Below are positions 11,828-21,462 of a stretch of DNA of 64,000 nucleotides, piece by piece. Location: NCBI GenBank assembly GCA_963667015.2, contig CAXXJJ010000004.1:1440001-1504000 (forward strand). Direction: 5' to 3'. Position numbers and translations under genes: made by a program. The notes under the pieces are model-generated. The model saw only the letters and a list, made by a program, of their open reading frames with translations, was not told where the DNA came from and searched no databases. Positions within the stretch are counted from its first letter, which is position 1. The number at the start of each line of letters is the position of its first letter. This DNA is from Desulfatiglandales bacterium. GTDB taxonomy: Bacteria; Desulfobacterota; DSM-4660; Desulfatiglandales; HGW-15.

Positions 11828-12658
11828 AAGCCCTTCTGAAAGGGTATCGGAAAGGTGCAGAAAATCATCAAGACTAAGGGTCTCAGCCCTTCTTAAGGGG
11901 TCAATGTTGCATATTTCAAGGGCTCTTGCTACCTGATCATTTTCAAAATGATTTGATATAACCTTCAACGAATTTTTTATAGTCTTTCGCCTCTGGGCAA
12001 ATGCCCCCCTGACTACCAGTTCAAATACCCTGTCATTCTTCGCCCTTACAGGATGAGGCATTTCCAGGTCAACGGCAATAACCATTGATCCAACTTTAGG
12101 TTTTGGGAAAAATACATCCCTCCCAACCTCAAGCAACCGTGATATGCTGGATTCATACCTTGTCATTACTGTAATAGCCCCATAATCCTTACCGCCCGGA
12201 TCAGAGGCCAGCCTGCGTGCGAACTCATACTGCAGCATTAAAAAGGCCTTACTGAAAAATCTTTTATTGGCGATTAATTTCTCCAGCAATGGCGATGAAA
12301 TATTATAAGGCAGGTTGCCGACTACTATAAGTTTCCCCTCCCTGCGGGTTGCCAGTTCTTCCAGGTCTGTCTTGAGGATGTCATTATTAATGATTGTTAC
12401 ATTTTCTATATGTTTTTCCTCAAGCTTCTGCTGCAGGTATTCCACCAGGCGCTCATCCTTTTCAACTGCTGTAATGCTGTTTACAACATCTGCCATGGGG
12501 ATGGTAAGGGCGCCCATGCCCGGACCAATCTCAAGGACATCATCCGATTTATCCAGACCGGCCATTTCGATTATCCGGGTGATAGTATTCCGGTCAACAA
12601 GGAAATGCTGTCCGAGACGCTTATTGGGTTTCAAACTGTTTTTATTGTCTTTATTCAT
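11816..12658 (-). CDS. rsmA: 16S rRNA m6,2A1518/1519 dimethyltransferase
   Basis: LGQHFL, LEIGPGMGALT, GNLPYNIS, FAQRRKT, RAETLS. Confidence 0.96.
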   Translation of the reverse strand: MNKDNKNSLKPNKRLGQHFLVDRNTITRIIEMAGLDKSDDVLEIGPGMGALTIPMADVVNSITAVEKDERLVEYLQQKLEEKHIENVTIINNDILKTDLEELATRREGKLIVVGNLPYNISSPLLEKLIANKRFFSKAFLMLQYEFARRLASDPGGKDYGAITVMTRYESSISRLLEVGRDVFFPKPKVGSMVIAVDLEMPHPVRAKNDRVFELVVRGAFAQRRKTIKNSLKVISNHFENDQVARALEICNIDPLRRAETLSLDDFLHLSDTLSEGLSVV

Positions 12659-12685
12659 TATTTTTAAATATTAAATGTGCTTTTA

Positions 12686-13720
12686 TCAATTCATGGGTTT
12701 GATGTCTTTGACAGGATACCTGGCCCTGACATCAACAGACATATCCGCGTACTCATGGTTCAATACCCTGAAGTAGCCGGCAAGGGCAATCATGGCCCCG
12801 TTATCGGTGCAGAACTCGGGTCTGGGATAAAAAACCTTCATCCCTTCGTTACCTGCCTGAAGGGTTAATTTTTCCCGAAGCGTCCGGTTGCAGGCAACAC
12901 CGCCTGCCAGCACCAGGGATGAAACATTTTTATTCTTACCTGCTTTGATCAGCTTATTTATAAGAACTTCGAAAACCGCCTCCTGAAATGATGCGGTTAT
13001 ATCCTCCACGCTTATATTCTCCAGGTTTATATCTCCTTTATTTTTCCATTTATCTATATACAAAGAGACTGCAGTCTTTAATCCGCTAAAACTGAAATCA
13101 AATGATTCATCAGACATATATGCTCTTGGAAAGGCAATACTGTCAGGCCTGCCTGATCGTGATGTGGTCTCAATTATCGGTCCTCCGGGATAACCCAGCC
13201 CAAGTATCTTGGCCACCTTGTCTAATGCCTCACCGGCTGCATCATCAAGAGTCTGTCCCATCTGCTCATATTCCCCGGGGGCCTTGACATAATACAGGCT
13301 GGTATGCCCGCCTGAGACAGTAAGCGCAGTAAATGGAAAATCCGGATGATCTTCTTCAAGGAGTGTTGAAAGGATGTGACCCTCAAGATGATTAACATCA
13401 ATCAAAGGTATCCTGTTAAAAAATGAAAGTGTCTTTGCATAATATAGTCCCACAAGAAGAGACCCGATCAGACCAGGTCCAATGGTAACGGCAACAGCAT
13501 CCAGTTCCTTAAGAGTTATACCTGCCTTTGACAGTGCCTCATCAACCACAGGAACGATATTCCTTATGTGTTCACGTGAAGCCAGTTCAGGTACCACACC
13601 GCCATAGGGATTATGAAGATTAATCTGTGAATTTGTAACATTTGAAAGGACTGAACAACCATCGGTCAGTACAGCTGCAGATGTATCGTCACAGGACGTG
13701 TCAATTCCAAGAATATTCAT
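12686..13720 (-). CDS. tsaD: tRNA threonylcarbamoyladenosine synthesis protein TsaD
   Basis: ILGIDTSCDDT, GGVVPELASREH, NHLEGH, SGGHT, FSFSGLKT, CTDNGAMIA. Confidence 0.97.
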   Translation of the reverse strand: MNILGIDTSCDDTSAAVLTDGCSVLSNVTNSQINLHNPYGGVVPELASREHIRNIVPVVDEALSKAGITLKELDAVAVTIGPGLIGSLLVGLYYAKTLSFFNRIPLIDVNHLEGHILSTLLEEDHPDFPFTALTVSGGHTSLYYVKAPGEYEQMGQTLDDAAGEALDKVAKILGLGYPGGPIIETTSRSGRPDSIAFPRAYMSDESFDFSFSGLKTAVSLYIDKWKNKGDINLENISVEDITASFQEAVFEVLINKLIKAGKNKNVSSLVLAGGVACNRTLREKLTLQAGNEGMKVFYPRPEFCTDNGAMIALAGYFRVLNHEYADMSVDVRARYPVKDIKPMN

Positions 13721-13745
13721 CTTTTTTATCTATTCTTTCTCTATT

Positions 13746-14549
13746 TCAGGAGAATTTAAGTTTATTTTTTATTTTTTCCATACGGCTTTCTTCAAGAACC
13801 TCAACAAGGATAACCGTAATATTATCACCCCCTCCACCTTTATTTGCCCCGTCGATAAGCGCTCTGACTTTTGATTCAATGGGTAGAAGCGAATGATTTA
13901 ACACTGTGTTAATTGCCTTCTCAGACATATAATTGGTCAGGCCGTCGGAACAAAGGAGTAATGTATCCCCGGCCTCAGGAACAATCTTTCTTGTAAACAC
14001 TTCAACATTTTCATCCATACCTATAACCCTGGTAAGCATATTTTTAAATGCTGAATTGTCTGACCCTGATAAATTTGTAAGCCCCATGCTCCGCTGTTCG
14101 GCTGCTATGGAATGCTCCTCGGATATTAAAACCAGTTTCCCCCTGTCGTTAAGATATACAGGACTGTCTCCAACATTTGCAAGCCAGAACGCATCACCTT
14201 CTGTTACAACAGCAGATACAGTAGATCCCATGCGCATGTATTCAGGCATTTTCTGAGCCTCATGAATCAGCCTGTTAGACATATGGATCGAATTAATCAG
14301 GTGATTTGCCTTTACTGACAGTTCATTATTAACAGGCTCTAAAAAAGAAGGCGTCTTCTTTAGCTTCAACTTGATCCAGTATTCAACCATTGTTTCAACA
14401 ATCATTCTACTCGCTATTTCACCGGCCCTGTGCCCACCCATACCGTCAGCAACAACGAATAATCCCAGGTCCTGCCTGACAAGGTACCTGTCTTCATTTT
14501 CTTTTCTTTTTAAACCTGTATCGGTATAGCCTGCTGATTTAAGTTTCAT
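13746..14549 (-). CDS. PP2C-family Ser/Thr phosphatase
   Basis: NED, VADGMGGH, NVGDS, LLCSDGL, GGGDNIT. Confidence 0.93.
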   Translation of the reverse strand: MKLKSAGYTDTGLKRKENEDRYLVRQDLGLFVVADGMGGHRAGEIASRMIVETMVEYWIKLKLKKTPSFLEPVNNELSVKANHLINSIHMSNRLIHEAQKMPEYMRMGSTVSAVVTEGDAFWLANVGDSPVYLNDRGKLVLISEEHSIAAEQRSMGLTNLSGSDNSAFKNMLTRVIGMDENVEVFTRKIVPEAGDTLLLCSDGLTNYMSEKAINTVLNHSLLPIESKVRALIDGANKGGGGDNITVILVEVLEESRMEKIKNKLKFS

Positions 14550-14578
14550 TATTTTTCTGGATCTGTTTTATATTTCTG

Positions 14579-17164
14579 CTACTTGTTGTTCGCTGATTTC
14601 TTCCTGTTAGCAGCCTCGTCAATCTTTTTTAATATTACTCTGAGGTGTCCGGCCATCTGCCCCGCCTTCTGGTATCTTTTATTTACATCCTTTTCCAGGG
14701 CCTTGTCTATAATCTTCTCTATTACAACGGGAATCTTCGGGTTGATGGTTTTAACTGAAGGGTGTCTTTCCCTCGCGATCCTGTACATCATAGATGTCAT
14801 ATCCTCACCCTTGAAGGGTTTTTGTCCGCACAGCATCTCAAAGAGAACAACGCCAAGAGAAAATATATCCGACCGGCCATCCACCTTTTGACCTGACACC
14901 TGTTCCGGTGACATATAGGAAGGTGTACCCATAATGACACCGGTTTTTGTCTTGGAAGATGCGGTTATCCTTGCTATTCCAAAATCTGTAACCTTAACCT
15001 CCCCTGTTTCATTAATCCTCATTATATTGGCAGGTTTTATATCCCTGTGCACGACCCCTTTATTGTGGGCATATTCAAGGGCTTCGGCAACCTGGGCAAC
15101 AATCGAAATGGTATCTCTTACTGATAAAAGATTTTCTCTTTTCGTATGTTCTTCGAGATCCTTTCCCTTTAGAAATTCCATGGCGATATAAGCCAGATCA
15201 TGCTCTTCACCCGCATCATATATTGTAACAATATTAGGATGAGTCAAAAGCCCGGCTGATTCGGCTTCTCTGAAAAACCTTTCCTTCATTTCATCGAGCA
15301 TATTCTCATCAAATTCTGAAAGCCTTACAGTCTTAATGGCAACGGTACGGTGAATTTTGGGGTCCTCCCCCTTATATACAATACCCATGGCCCCCCGGCC
15401 CAGTTCATCAATAACCTCATAACGCCCCAGGGTAGGTTTGGTATCGGTATTAACAAGAGTTGCGCCTATATCTCCGGGATGTACGCTGGCACTAAACATC
15501 ATGGTGGCCTCAGCGCCCTTTAATTTTGGTATTCTCTCACTTAAATCCTTATAATCTTTTCCATCCTCTATTACCATGTTGTAGGTTGAGAGGGCCTTTG
15601 AAAACTGGCGTTTTCTTTCAAAATCCAGACCCAGGTTATATAAAAGATCTTTAGCTCCATCTTCTTCCAGGGGTATCTTCCGAAATTTATCAAGGGCCAG
15701 GTCAAGCATCCCCTGCTGCTGAAAAGAAATTCCAAGCATCTTATTAGTTTCAACAGAATCCGCCTCAACCTTTTCCTTTGTCTTTTCTGTAACAAGGAAT
15801 CTCTTTGAGATGATGAGAATATATCCGACAACAAGAAGAATCAAGGGAGGCGCTATCTCAAGCCATATATTCCTGGAAAAAAAGAGATAACTGCCGATTA
15901 TTCCATAGGCAAAGAAGAGCAGAAGTGTTGTAGCTGCCCCCATTCGTGCCCTGAGTTTGGGGAGGACAAAAGATATAAAAAGTCCGAAAAAGAGCATTGT
16001 CCCGAACTTAAAAACCTTTGTCCAGAAGGGTTTATAGTAAAATCTCTGGTTAAGAATATTGTCAACCGTATTTGCAAGCACCTCAACACCGGGCATCAGC
16101 CCAGATACAGGGGTTACATATTCATCGCCTATTCCCTGGGCCACATGACCGATAATAACTATCTTGCCCTTGAATATATTCATCTGAACTTCTTTTTTCA
16201 GGACCTTTGAAAATGATGTTGAATGAAATACTATTCCCGGTCCATCTTTCCAGTTTATAAGAGTTCCTTTCTCATATTCCATTAGAGGGACAATGACATT
16301 GGAAGTCGGATTCACCTTAAAATCAATATACTTTCCGTCCTCTTCACTCAAGGACAATGTCACTTTGTCGTCATTCAGGCCCTTAAACAACCTGACTATT
16401 GTAACTGCATATGACGGCACATAAATATCATCAAGATACCCGAGAACATGTAACTGTTTTCTTAAATATCCATCACTTTTATCGGGGAACAATTGATTAT
16501 GCCCTGTACCTGCGGCCACTTCTGTAAAACGGCTGAGAGGCGGGATTATTTTTTCATACCACTCTATACCGGAACCAGATAACTCGTCGCTGTTGATTTT
16601 TTTAAATGAATCCCTTGAGATAAAGGTTGGAGCCATATCATCGCGTGCCTGACTCAGATCATCAAAGAAAAAAGGAACAACTACATTACCTGCATTTTTT
16701 ATGGCCTCCTGAAGTTTTGAATCATTATCCAGGTCTTTTTCAACTTCACTCATTTTTTTAAAAAAAACGAGACCATTGTTTTCCCGCTGGGCAAGCTTAA
16801 GCGCGTCAAATTCCTTTTTAAGATCCTTGATCGCCTTAAGTCCTGCATTTTCTTCGGGCTCAGAGAAAAATATATTCAGGGCAATTACCTTTGCCCCGGC
16901 TTCATGCAGATTATCAATACATTTTGCGATTACACTTCTTGGCCATGGCCATCTGCCCAGCTCATTAATATCATCATTTGTTATTTCAACCAGCTCTATA
17001 TCGGGGCTTCTTTCATCAGATGCTGCAAGCCTGGCCCTCAGGTCATAGCTCTTCATCTCAATGGTATGAGTGAAATCAAAGGAGTCTGAAAACATGATAA
17101 GCAGAAAAATAAGGGTCAGCGCAATACCGATTACCCATTCTGAGAAGATTTTTTGAATTTTCAT
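14579..17164 (-). CDS. CHASE2-domain membrane Ser/Thr (Hanks-type) kinase
   Basis: GRWPWPRS CHASE2 motif, 3 TM, TPR-like linker, LGRGAMG, HRDIKPAN, DFG, GTPSYMSPEQ. Confidence 0.93.
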   Translation of the reverse strand: MKIQKIFSEWVIGIALTLIFLLIMFSDSFDFTHTIEMKSYDLRARLAASDERSPDIELVEITNDDINELGRWPWPRSVIAKCIDNLHEAGAKVIALNIFFSEPEENAGLKAIKDLKKEFDALKLAQRENNGLVFFKKMSEVEKDLDNDSKLQEAIKNAGNVVVPFFFDDLSQARDDMAPTFISRDSFKKINSDELSGSGIEWYEKIIPPLSRFTEVAAGTGHNQLFPDKSDGYLRKQLHVLGYLDDIYVPSYAVTIVRLFKGLNDDKVTLSLSEEDGKYIDFKVNPTSNVIVPLMEYEKGTLINWKDGPGIVFHSTSFSKVLKKEVQMNIFKGKIVIIGHVAQGIGDEYVTPVSGLMPGVEVLANTVDNILNQRFYYKPFWTKVFKFGTMLFFGLFISFVLPKLRARMGAATTLLLFFAYGIIGSYLFFSRNIWLEIAPPLILLVVGYILIISKRFLVTEKTKEKVEADSVETNKMLGISFQQQGMLDLALDKFRKIPLEEDGAKDLLYNLGLDFERKRQFSKALSTYNMVIEDGKDYKDLSERIPKLKGAEATMMFSASVHPGDIGATLVNTDTKPTLGRYEVIDELGRGAMGIVYKGEDPKIHRTVAIKTVRLSEFDENMLDEMKERFFREAESAGLLTHPNIVTIYDAGEEHDLAYIAMEFLKGKDLEEHTKRENLLSVRDTISIVAQVAEALEYAHNKGVVHRDIKPANIMRINETGEVKVTDFGIARITASSKTKTGVIMGTPSYMSPEQVSGQKVDGRSDIFSLGVVLFEMLCGQKPFKGEDMTSMMYRIARERHPSVKTINPKIPVVIEKIIDKALEKDVNKRYQKAGQMAGHLRVILKKIDEAANRKKSANNK

Positions 17165-17215
17165 ATCAGATTATCCCGTTTCAGCATAAATAAGGTTTAA
17201 TCAACCTGAAAATTA

Positions 17216-17584
17216 TCAGAGCCTGACATAAGGTGCAATCTTTAAAAACAGTTTTTCACCTATACCGTGGATCGTCTTAAGTTCGTCAATGTCTTTAAAT
17301 CCCTTTCTCTTTATTCTTTCCTTTTCAATTGTCAGGGCCAGAGAGTTCCCTATACCAGGGATAGCTGTAAGGCCCTCAACAGACTCCCTGTTTATACTTA
17401 AAGGGATACCGAGAGTAACCTTATGGAATGCAGATATCTCGCTTTTTTCCGGATATTCCGCAGACTCTTTTTCAATACTGTTAATCCCTCTGTCATTATC
17501 CCTGGCCATATAAAAAATGATAAAGATGAACAGCAGTAATATTAAAAAGCCATTAGATCTGTTAAAGGTTCTCTGATTGCTCAT
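17216..17584 (-). CDS. ComEA-like helix-hairpin-helix DNA-binding protein
   Basis: TM anchor then IN...L.AIPGIG and L..IHGIG HhH motifs. Confidence 0.8.
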   Translation of the reverse strand: MSNQRTFNRSNGFLILLLFIFIIFYMARDNDRGINSIEKESAEYPEKSEISAFHKVTLGIPLSINRESVEGLTAIPGIGNSLALTIEKERIKRKGFKDIDELKTIHGIGEKLFLKIAPYVRL

Positions 17585-18794
17585 TATCCAGACCGAATGC
17601 CTCGTGAAGGACCCTTACTGCCAGTTCAGTATATTTTTCTTCAATAATGCAGGATACCTTTATTTCAGAGGTACTTATCATCATAATATTTATATTCTCC
17701 CGTGACAGTGTCTCAAACATCCGCTGAGCCACCCCTGCGTGGGTTCTCATTCCAACTCCAACTATTGATACCTTGGAAATATTTTCATCACCAAGAATTC
17801 TCTGGGCGCCGATTTCCCTGGCCACACCGCTCAAAAGTTTCATGGTCCGGTAAAAATCAGATTTTATTACTGTAAAGGTAAGGTCGGTTAAGCCTTCATC
17901 GCTTGTATTCTGTACGATCATATCTACGACAATACCTTCCTTTACCAGGGGCTTAAATATCCGGGAGGCAATCCCGGGTTTATCAGGCACCTTTAAAACT
18001 GTTATTCTTGCCTCATCTTTATTAAATGCTACACCGGACACAAGAACCTTTTCCATATCTTTTGTCTCAGCAATTACCATTGTACCCCTTTCATTTGAAA
18101 ATGTTGATCTCACATGGACAGGGACGTTGAATTTTTTTGCAAATTCAACAGACCTGATTTCCAGAACCTTTGCCCCCATGCTTGACATCTCAAGCATTTC
18201 CTCATAGGAAATAAAGTCCATCTTTCTGGCCCTGGGGCAGATGTTAGGGTCTGTAGTATATATACCTTCCACATCGGTATATATTTCGCATACATCGGCT
18301 TTAAGGGCGGCAGCCAGGGCTACAGCAGTAGTATCCGAACCGCCCCGTCCGAGTGTGGTTATGTTATCATCCGAATTTATCCCCTGGAATCCTGCCACAG
18401 CAACGATTCGTCTGTTATCCAGTTCCTTCAGTATCCGTTCGGTTTTTATATCATGTATCCTGGCCCTGCCATAAATATCATCAGTCCGGATTCCCACCTG
18501 AAACCCCAGGAGGGAACAGGCATCATAGCCAAGAGATTTCAAGGCCATGCAGAAAAGCGCTATACTGACCTGTTCACCGGTCGACATAAGGACATCGAGC
18601 TCCCTGGCATCCGGTTCCTCGGTGATATCATTTGCCAGCTTTATAAGGCCGTCAGTCTGACCTGACATTGCAGACAGGACCACGACCATGCTGTTTCCTT
18701 TTTCATAATATTCTATCACTTTCCTGGCAACATTTTTTATCTTCTCAATGCTGCCGACTGATGTGCCACCATATTTCTGTACAATAAGCGACAT
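17562..18794 (-). CDS. lysC: Aspartate kinase
   Basis: [27 protein letters not shown], two ACT domains, STSEIK. Confidence 0.96.
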   Translation of the reverse strand: MSLIVQKYGGTSVGSIEKIKNVARKVIEYYEKGNSMVVVLSAMSGQTDGLIKLANDITEEPDARELDVLMSTGEQVSIALFCMALKSLGYDACSLLGFQVGIRTDDIYGRARIHDIKTERILKELDNRRIVAVAGFQGINSDDNITTLGRGGSDTTAVALAAALKADVCEIYTDVEGIYTTDPNICPRARKMDFISYEEMLEMSSMGAKVLEIRSVEFAKKFNVPVHVRSTFSNERGTMVIAETKDMEKVLVSGVAFNKDEARITVLKVPDKPGIASRIFKPLVKEGIVVDMIVQNTSDEGLTDLTFTVIKSDFYRTMKLLSGVAREIGAQRILGDENISKVSIVGVGMRTHAGVAQRMFETLSRENINIMMISTSEIKVSCIIEEKYTELAVRVLHEAFGLDNEQSENL

Positions 18795-18847
18795 CTTTAT
18801 CTGTTACTGCCTCCTTAAAACCGGACTACTGCCGATCTGTAATATAT

Positions 18848-19312
18848 TTATTTTAACTTAATTCTGTTATCAATTTTATTTAATATATCCGGGTCATCCG
18901 AGTTTATCTCAATAGACCGCTTATTATCCCCAAGGATATCAATCTTTACATTTATATATCCGCGGGGAAGTATCCCGGGGCACCTCTCTGCCCATTCCAC
19001 AACAACAACGCTCTGATCATGAAAATAATCATCCAGGCCCACTGTCATGATATCTGACAGATTATCCAGCCTGTAAAGGTCCATGTGATATAAAAGGCAT
19101 CTCCCCTCATATTCATTAACAAGCGAAAATGAAGGGCTGGTTATTATCTCATCAGGACTCACACCAAAACCAAGACCAATACCTTTGGTAAACCATGTTT
19201 TTCCGCTTCCCAGGGTTCCTGATAGCGCAACAACATCGCCGGCAGAGAGGATAAGCCCCAGTTTTTTACCTATATCAACAGTTTCAATATCCGAATTACT
19301 TAAATATTTCAA
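18848..19312 (-). CDS. tsaE: tRNA threonylcarbamoyladenosine ATPase TsaE
   Basis: G.LGSGKT P-loop, TSPSF, HMDLYRL, VEWAE. Confidence 0.95.
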   Translation of the reverse strand: MKYLSNSDIETVDIGKKLGLILSAGDVVALSGTLGSGKTWFTKGIGLGFGVSPDEIITSPSFSLVNEYEGRCLLYHMDLYRLDNLSDIMTVGLDDYFHDQSVVVVEWAERCPGILPRGYINVKIDILGDNKRSIEINSDDPDILNKIDNRIKLK

Positions 19313-19536
19313 GAGTTTTGCTTCCCAATCATTTGTTTGAATAGGATGATTCTATTATCTTTATCAAGAAGGGGCAACAGATAATTTTTTTGTTTGATAT
19401 CTATGGCAGGTTAATATTTACAGGCGGAGTTGATAAAATCAACAGATTTTCTATTTAAGGCCCTTTTGGTATCCGGAAAGCTCAAAAAAAGAATCTTTTT
19501 CCGGGTCAAAATTGGAGTTTATCAATTTCAACCGGA

Positions 19537-19950
19537 TTAAATGATGAATGGATTAATAATTTTTATCCCTTTAATAACCTGGCTGTTGCTTAAATCCTCG
19601 GTCCAGATCATTTCGCAAAGTGCCTTTTCTCCTGCAATAAGTATGAGTGAATCCCAAAATGAAAGCCTTTGCAGGATGCTGCAGTCGATCGCATCTTTTA
19701 TCATTTCTGTCGTTACCAGAACTGTCTCATAATTCCTAAATTTATTAACCATTTCTTTAGCCAGTATGGGGTCAACTCCCAGTTTTCTGGTAGCTGTAAC
19801 ATAGAATTCCTGCAATACCTGTGTTGAAATAACACCAGAGTGTTCGAAAGCTGCTTTCTTTAACAACTCTCTTGCCCTTTTTTGCTTTTCAGGATCATGT
19901 TTGTCCAGGCTGTAAATAAGGATATTGGTATCTATGAATATTTTAGACAT
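19537..19950 (-). CDS. PIN-domain (VapC-like) toxin; true start most likely ATG at 19950
   Basis: IFIDTNILIY, STQVLQEF, SFWDSLI, TEDL, INPF; overlaps stop of upstream antitoxin. Confidence 0.9.
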   Translation of the reverse strand: MSKIFIDTNILIYSLDKHDPEKQKRARELLKKAAFEHSGVISTQVLQEFYVTATRKLGVDPILAKEMVNKFRNYETVLVTTEMIKDAIDCSILQRLSFWDSLILIAGEKALCEMIWTEDLSNSQVIKGIKIINPFII

Positions 19951-20167
19951 CGTATAGCTCTTCCCGGCTCCATTTTTTACCTTTAGAATCCGCTTGAGCG
20001 CTGTCCATAAGTCGTTCGCATTCTTCAAACCATTCACCAGATACCGAGGGAATATTTTTTTCAAGCAGATCTCTGATGATAGCGTTTAACGAAGTATTAT
20101 GGTTTTTTGCATATTCTCTTCCCATCTTTAGAAGATCTTCATTAATAGAGATTGTTATATTCGCCAT
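19943..20167 (-). CDS. Antitoxin (RHH / DUF6364-like)
   Basis: MANITISI..., SLNAIIR, C-terminal KWSREELYD; GGAGG RBS; coupled to PIN gene. Confidence 0.85.
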   Translation of the reverse strand: MANITISINEDLLKMGREYAKNHNTSLNAIIRDLLEKNIPSVSGEWFEECERLMDSAQADSKGKKWSREELYDV

Positions 20168-20198
20168 GATTGCCTCCTCCTGTTAAACATATTAACAC

Positions 20199-20227
20199 AT
20201 TATAAGTGCACACATAATACGTGTCAA
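20199..20227 (-). promoter_or_regulatory. Consensus sigma70 promoter of the TA operon
   Basis: Minus strand TTGACA-17 nt-TATAAT, with ACACAT-type repeats overlapping it (probable operator). Confidence 0.88.
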
Positions 20228-20563
20228 GATTACATTGTTCATATTTTACTGGTAAAGCGGAAATCAGAGAGGGAGATAAAGGATTTCTGGAACATTTATG
20301 AGCTAATCGGAGACCCGCACATATCAAAACTCGTTAAAAGTTACTAACTGACCACTAAAATTAACCCCCTGTTTTCGTAAGATAATTGCAGTATCAAATG
20401 GCTAGGCTTTTTTTGATAAATTTACGGCCTGTTCCATAAATATATGGAACATCAGATTTTATCTTTTACTTTCTGTTTAAGGAGGTAGTATGCCTGGTAA
20501 TGAAATGGCCGATGATTGTCCCAGCAATAATAAATCCCAGCCGCATAATCAACTTATAATCTT

Positions 20564-20821
20564 ATGGGCATCCCCCTTCACTATGGCGTTCCCATGGTGA
20601 AGATTTGTGTCGAGAACGAAGCCGCAGGAACAGTTGAGCACATTTGGTTGGAAGGTGTGTATTTCGAAGAGTCCGAGGTTGTAGGAACCGTTGTTGATCA
20701 GACAACCGAATACAGAAGCCCTATCTCGAAAGTTACGGATTGGATGTATTTTGAGGGGGAGAAAATGTACGGTGGTTTTGTGGAGCGAATTCTCATGAAA
20801 CGAGCGGGAATTGACGAATGA
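20564..20821 (+). pseudogene. DUF2314 (YegJ)-like C-terminal fragment, 5'-damaged first cassette
   Basis: EHIWL...GTV...VTDWMY...MYGGF resembles DUF2314; followed 3 bp later by attC R'' box GCCGAAC; the expected GTTCGGC cassette start was not seen upstream. Confidence 0.55.
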
Positions 20822-20832
20822 ATTGCCGAACA

Positions 20833-21462
20833 CTTATAAGGCCTCCGCTTGTCAATAGGAAATAGTTCATCGAAGCCGAAAAAGTATTAGTTTTTTTCAG
20901 TCTGAGCAACACGTCCTATTGAATCAGTAAGTAACAGCTCTGACTTAATTTCATATTCAGTTAAGGATATAAAGATCCTGCACCAAACACTTATTGAGGT
21001 TCAACAGTCTTATAATCCAAAGGTTGTCCAGCATTGCTACTGATCAGCAGGAATATCATTTGCGCGAGAATGGGTCTGAGTTAACTCGTCGGAGCGTAAA
21101 TGATATTCCTGCGGCCCAAGGGTTACAGACCGCTGCAAACATATAAATATGAATGCGACCTAGAAATAATACCGTGCCCTCATGCCGTCCTAGTCAAAAC
21201 GAATGGTTGATAAACTGCATCACCAGTTAGTTACAGGATCGGGGAGGGGCAGAACCTTACCTACGAGCCAAAAGGCACGTTGATATATTAAGGAGCGAGA
21301 CGGATCGCTAATCAACACGTGAGAATCCGGGATAATTTATTACACATCATCCGCTGAGTGCTCTATGTCACATGGGTTTTCTTGACCCCGCCTGGATGCG
21401 GTTATGTGTTTCTTCCCTGTATGGTTCAAGTTAGACGTCGAGCTTATCCGCCTCCTCCATCT
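20833..21462 (-). ncRNA. Putative bridge/seek RNA-encoding non-coding region of the IS
   Basis: No ORF of 60 aa or more; several long stems (21047-65/21094-112, 20852-60/20914-22, 21276-321); position downstream of tnp as in IS1111-group elements. RNA boundaries unknown. Confidence 0.6.

Noticed and set aside
19951..20064. N-terminal extension of the PIN toxin in the ORF track
   Set aside because: It overlaps the antitoxin; the PIN domain begins at ATG 19950
19500..20340. TA module as an integron cassette
   Set aside because: No R''/L''/L'/R' palindrome found on either side
20230..20560. Integron integrase or attI upstream of the array
   Set aside because: No ORF with tyrosine-recombinase motifs and no convincing attI seen
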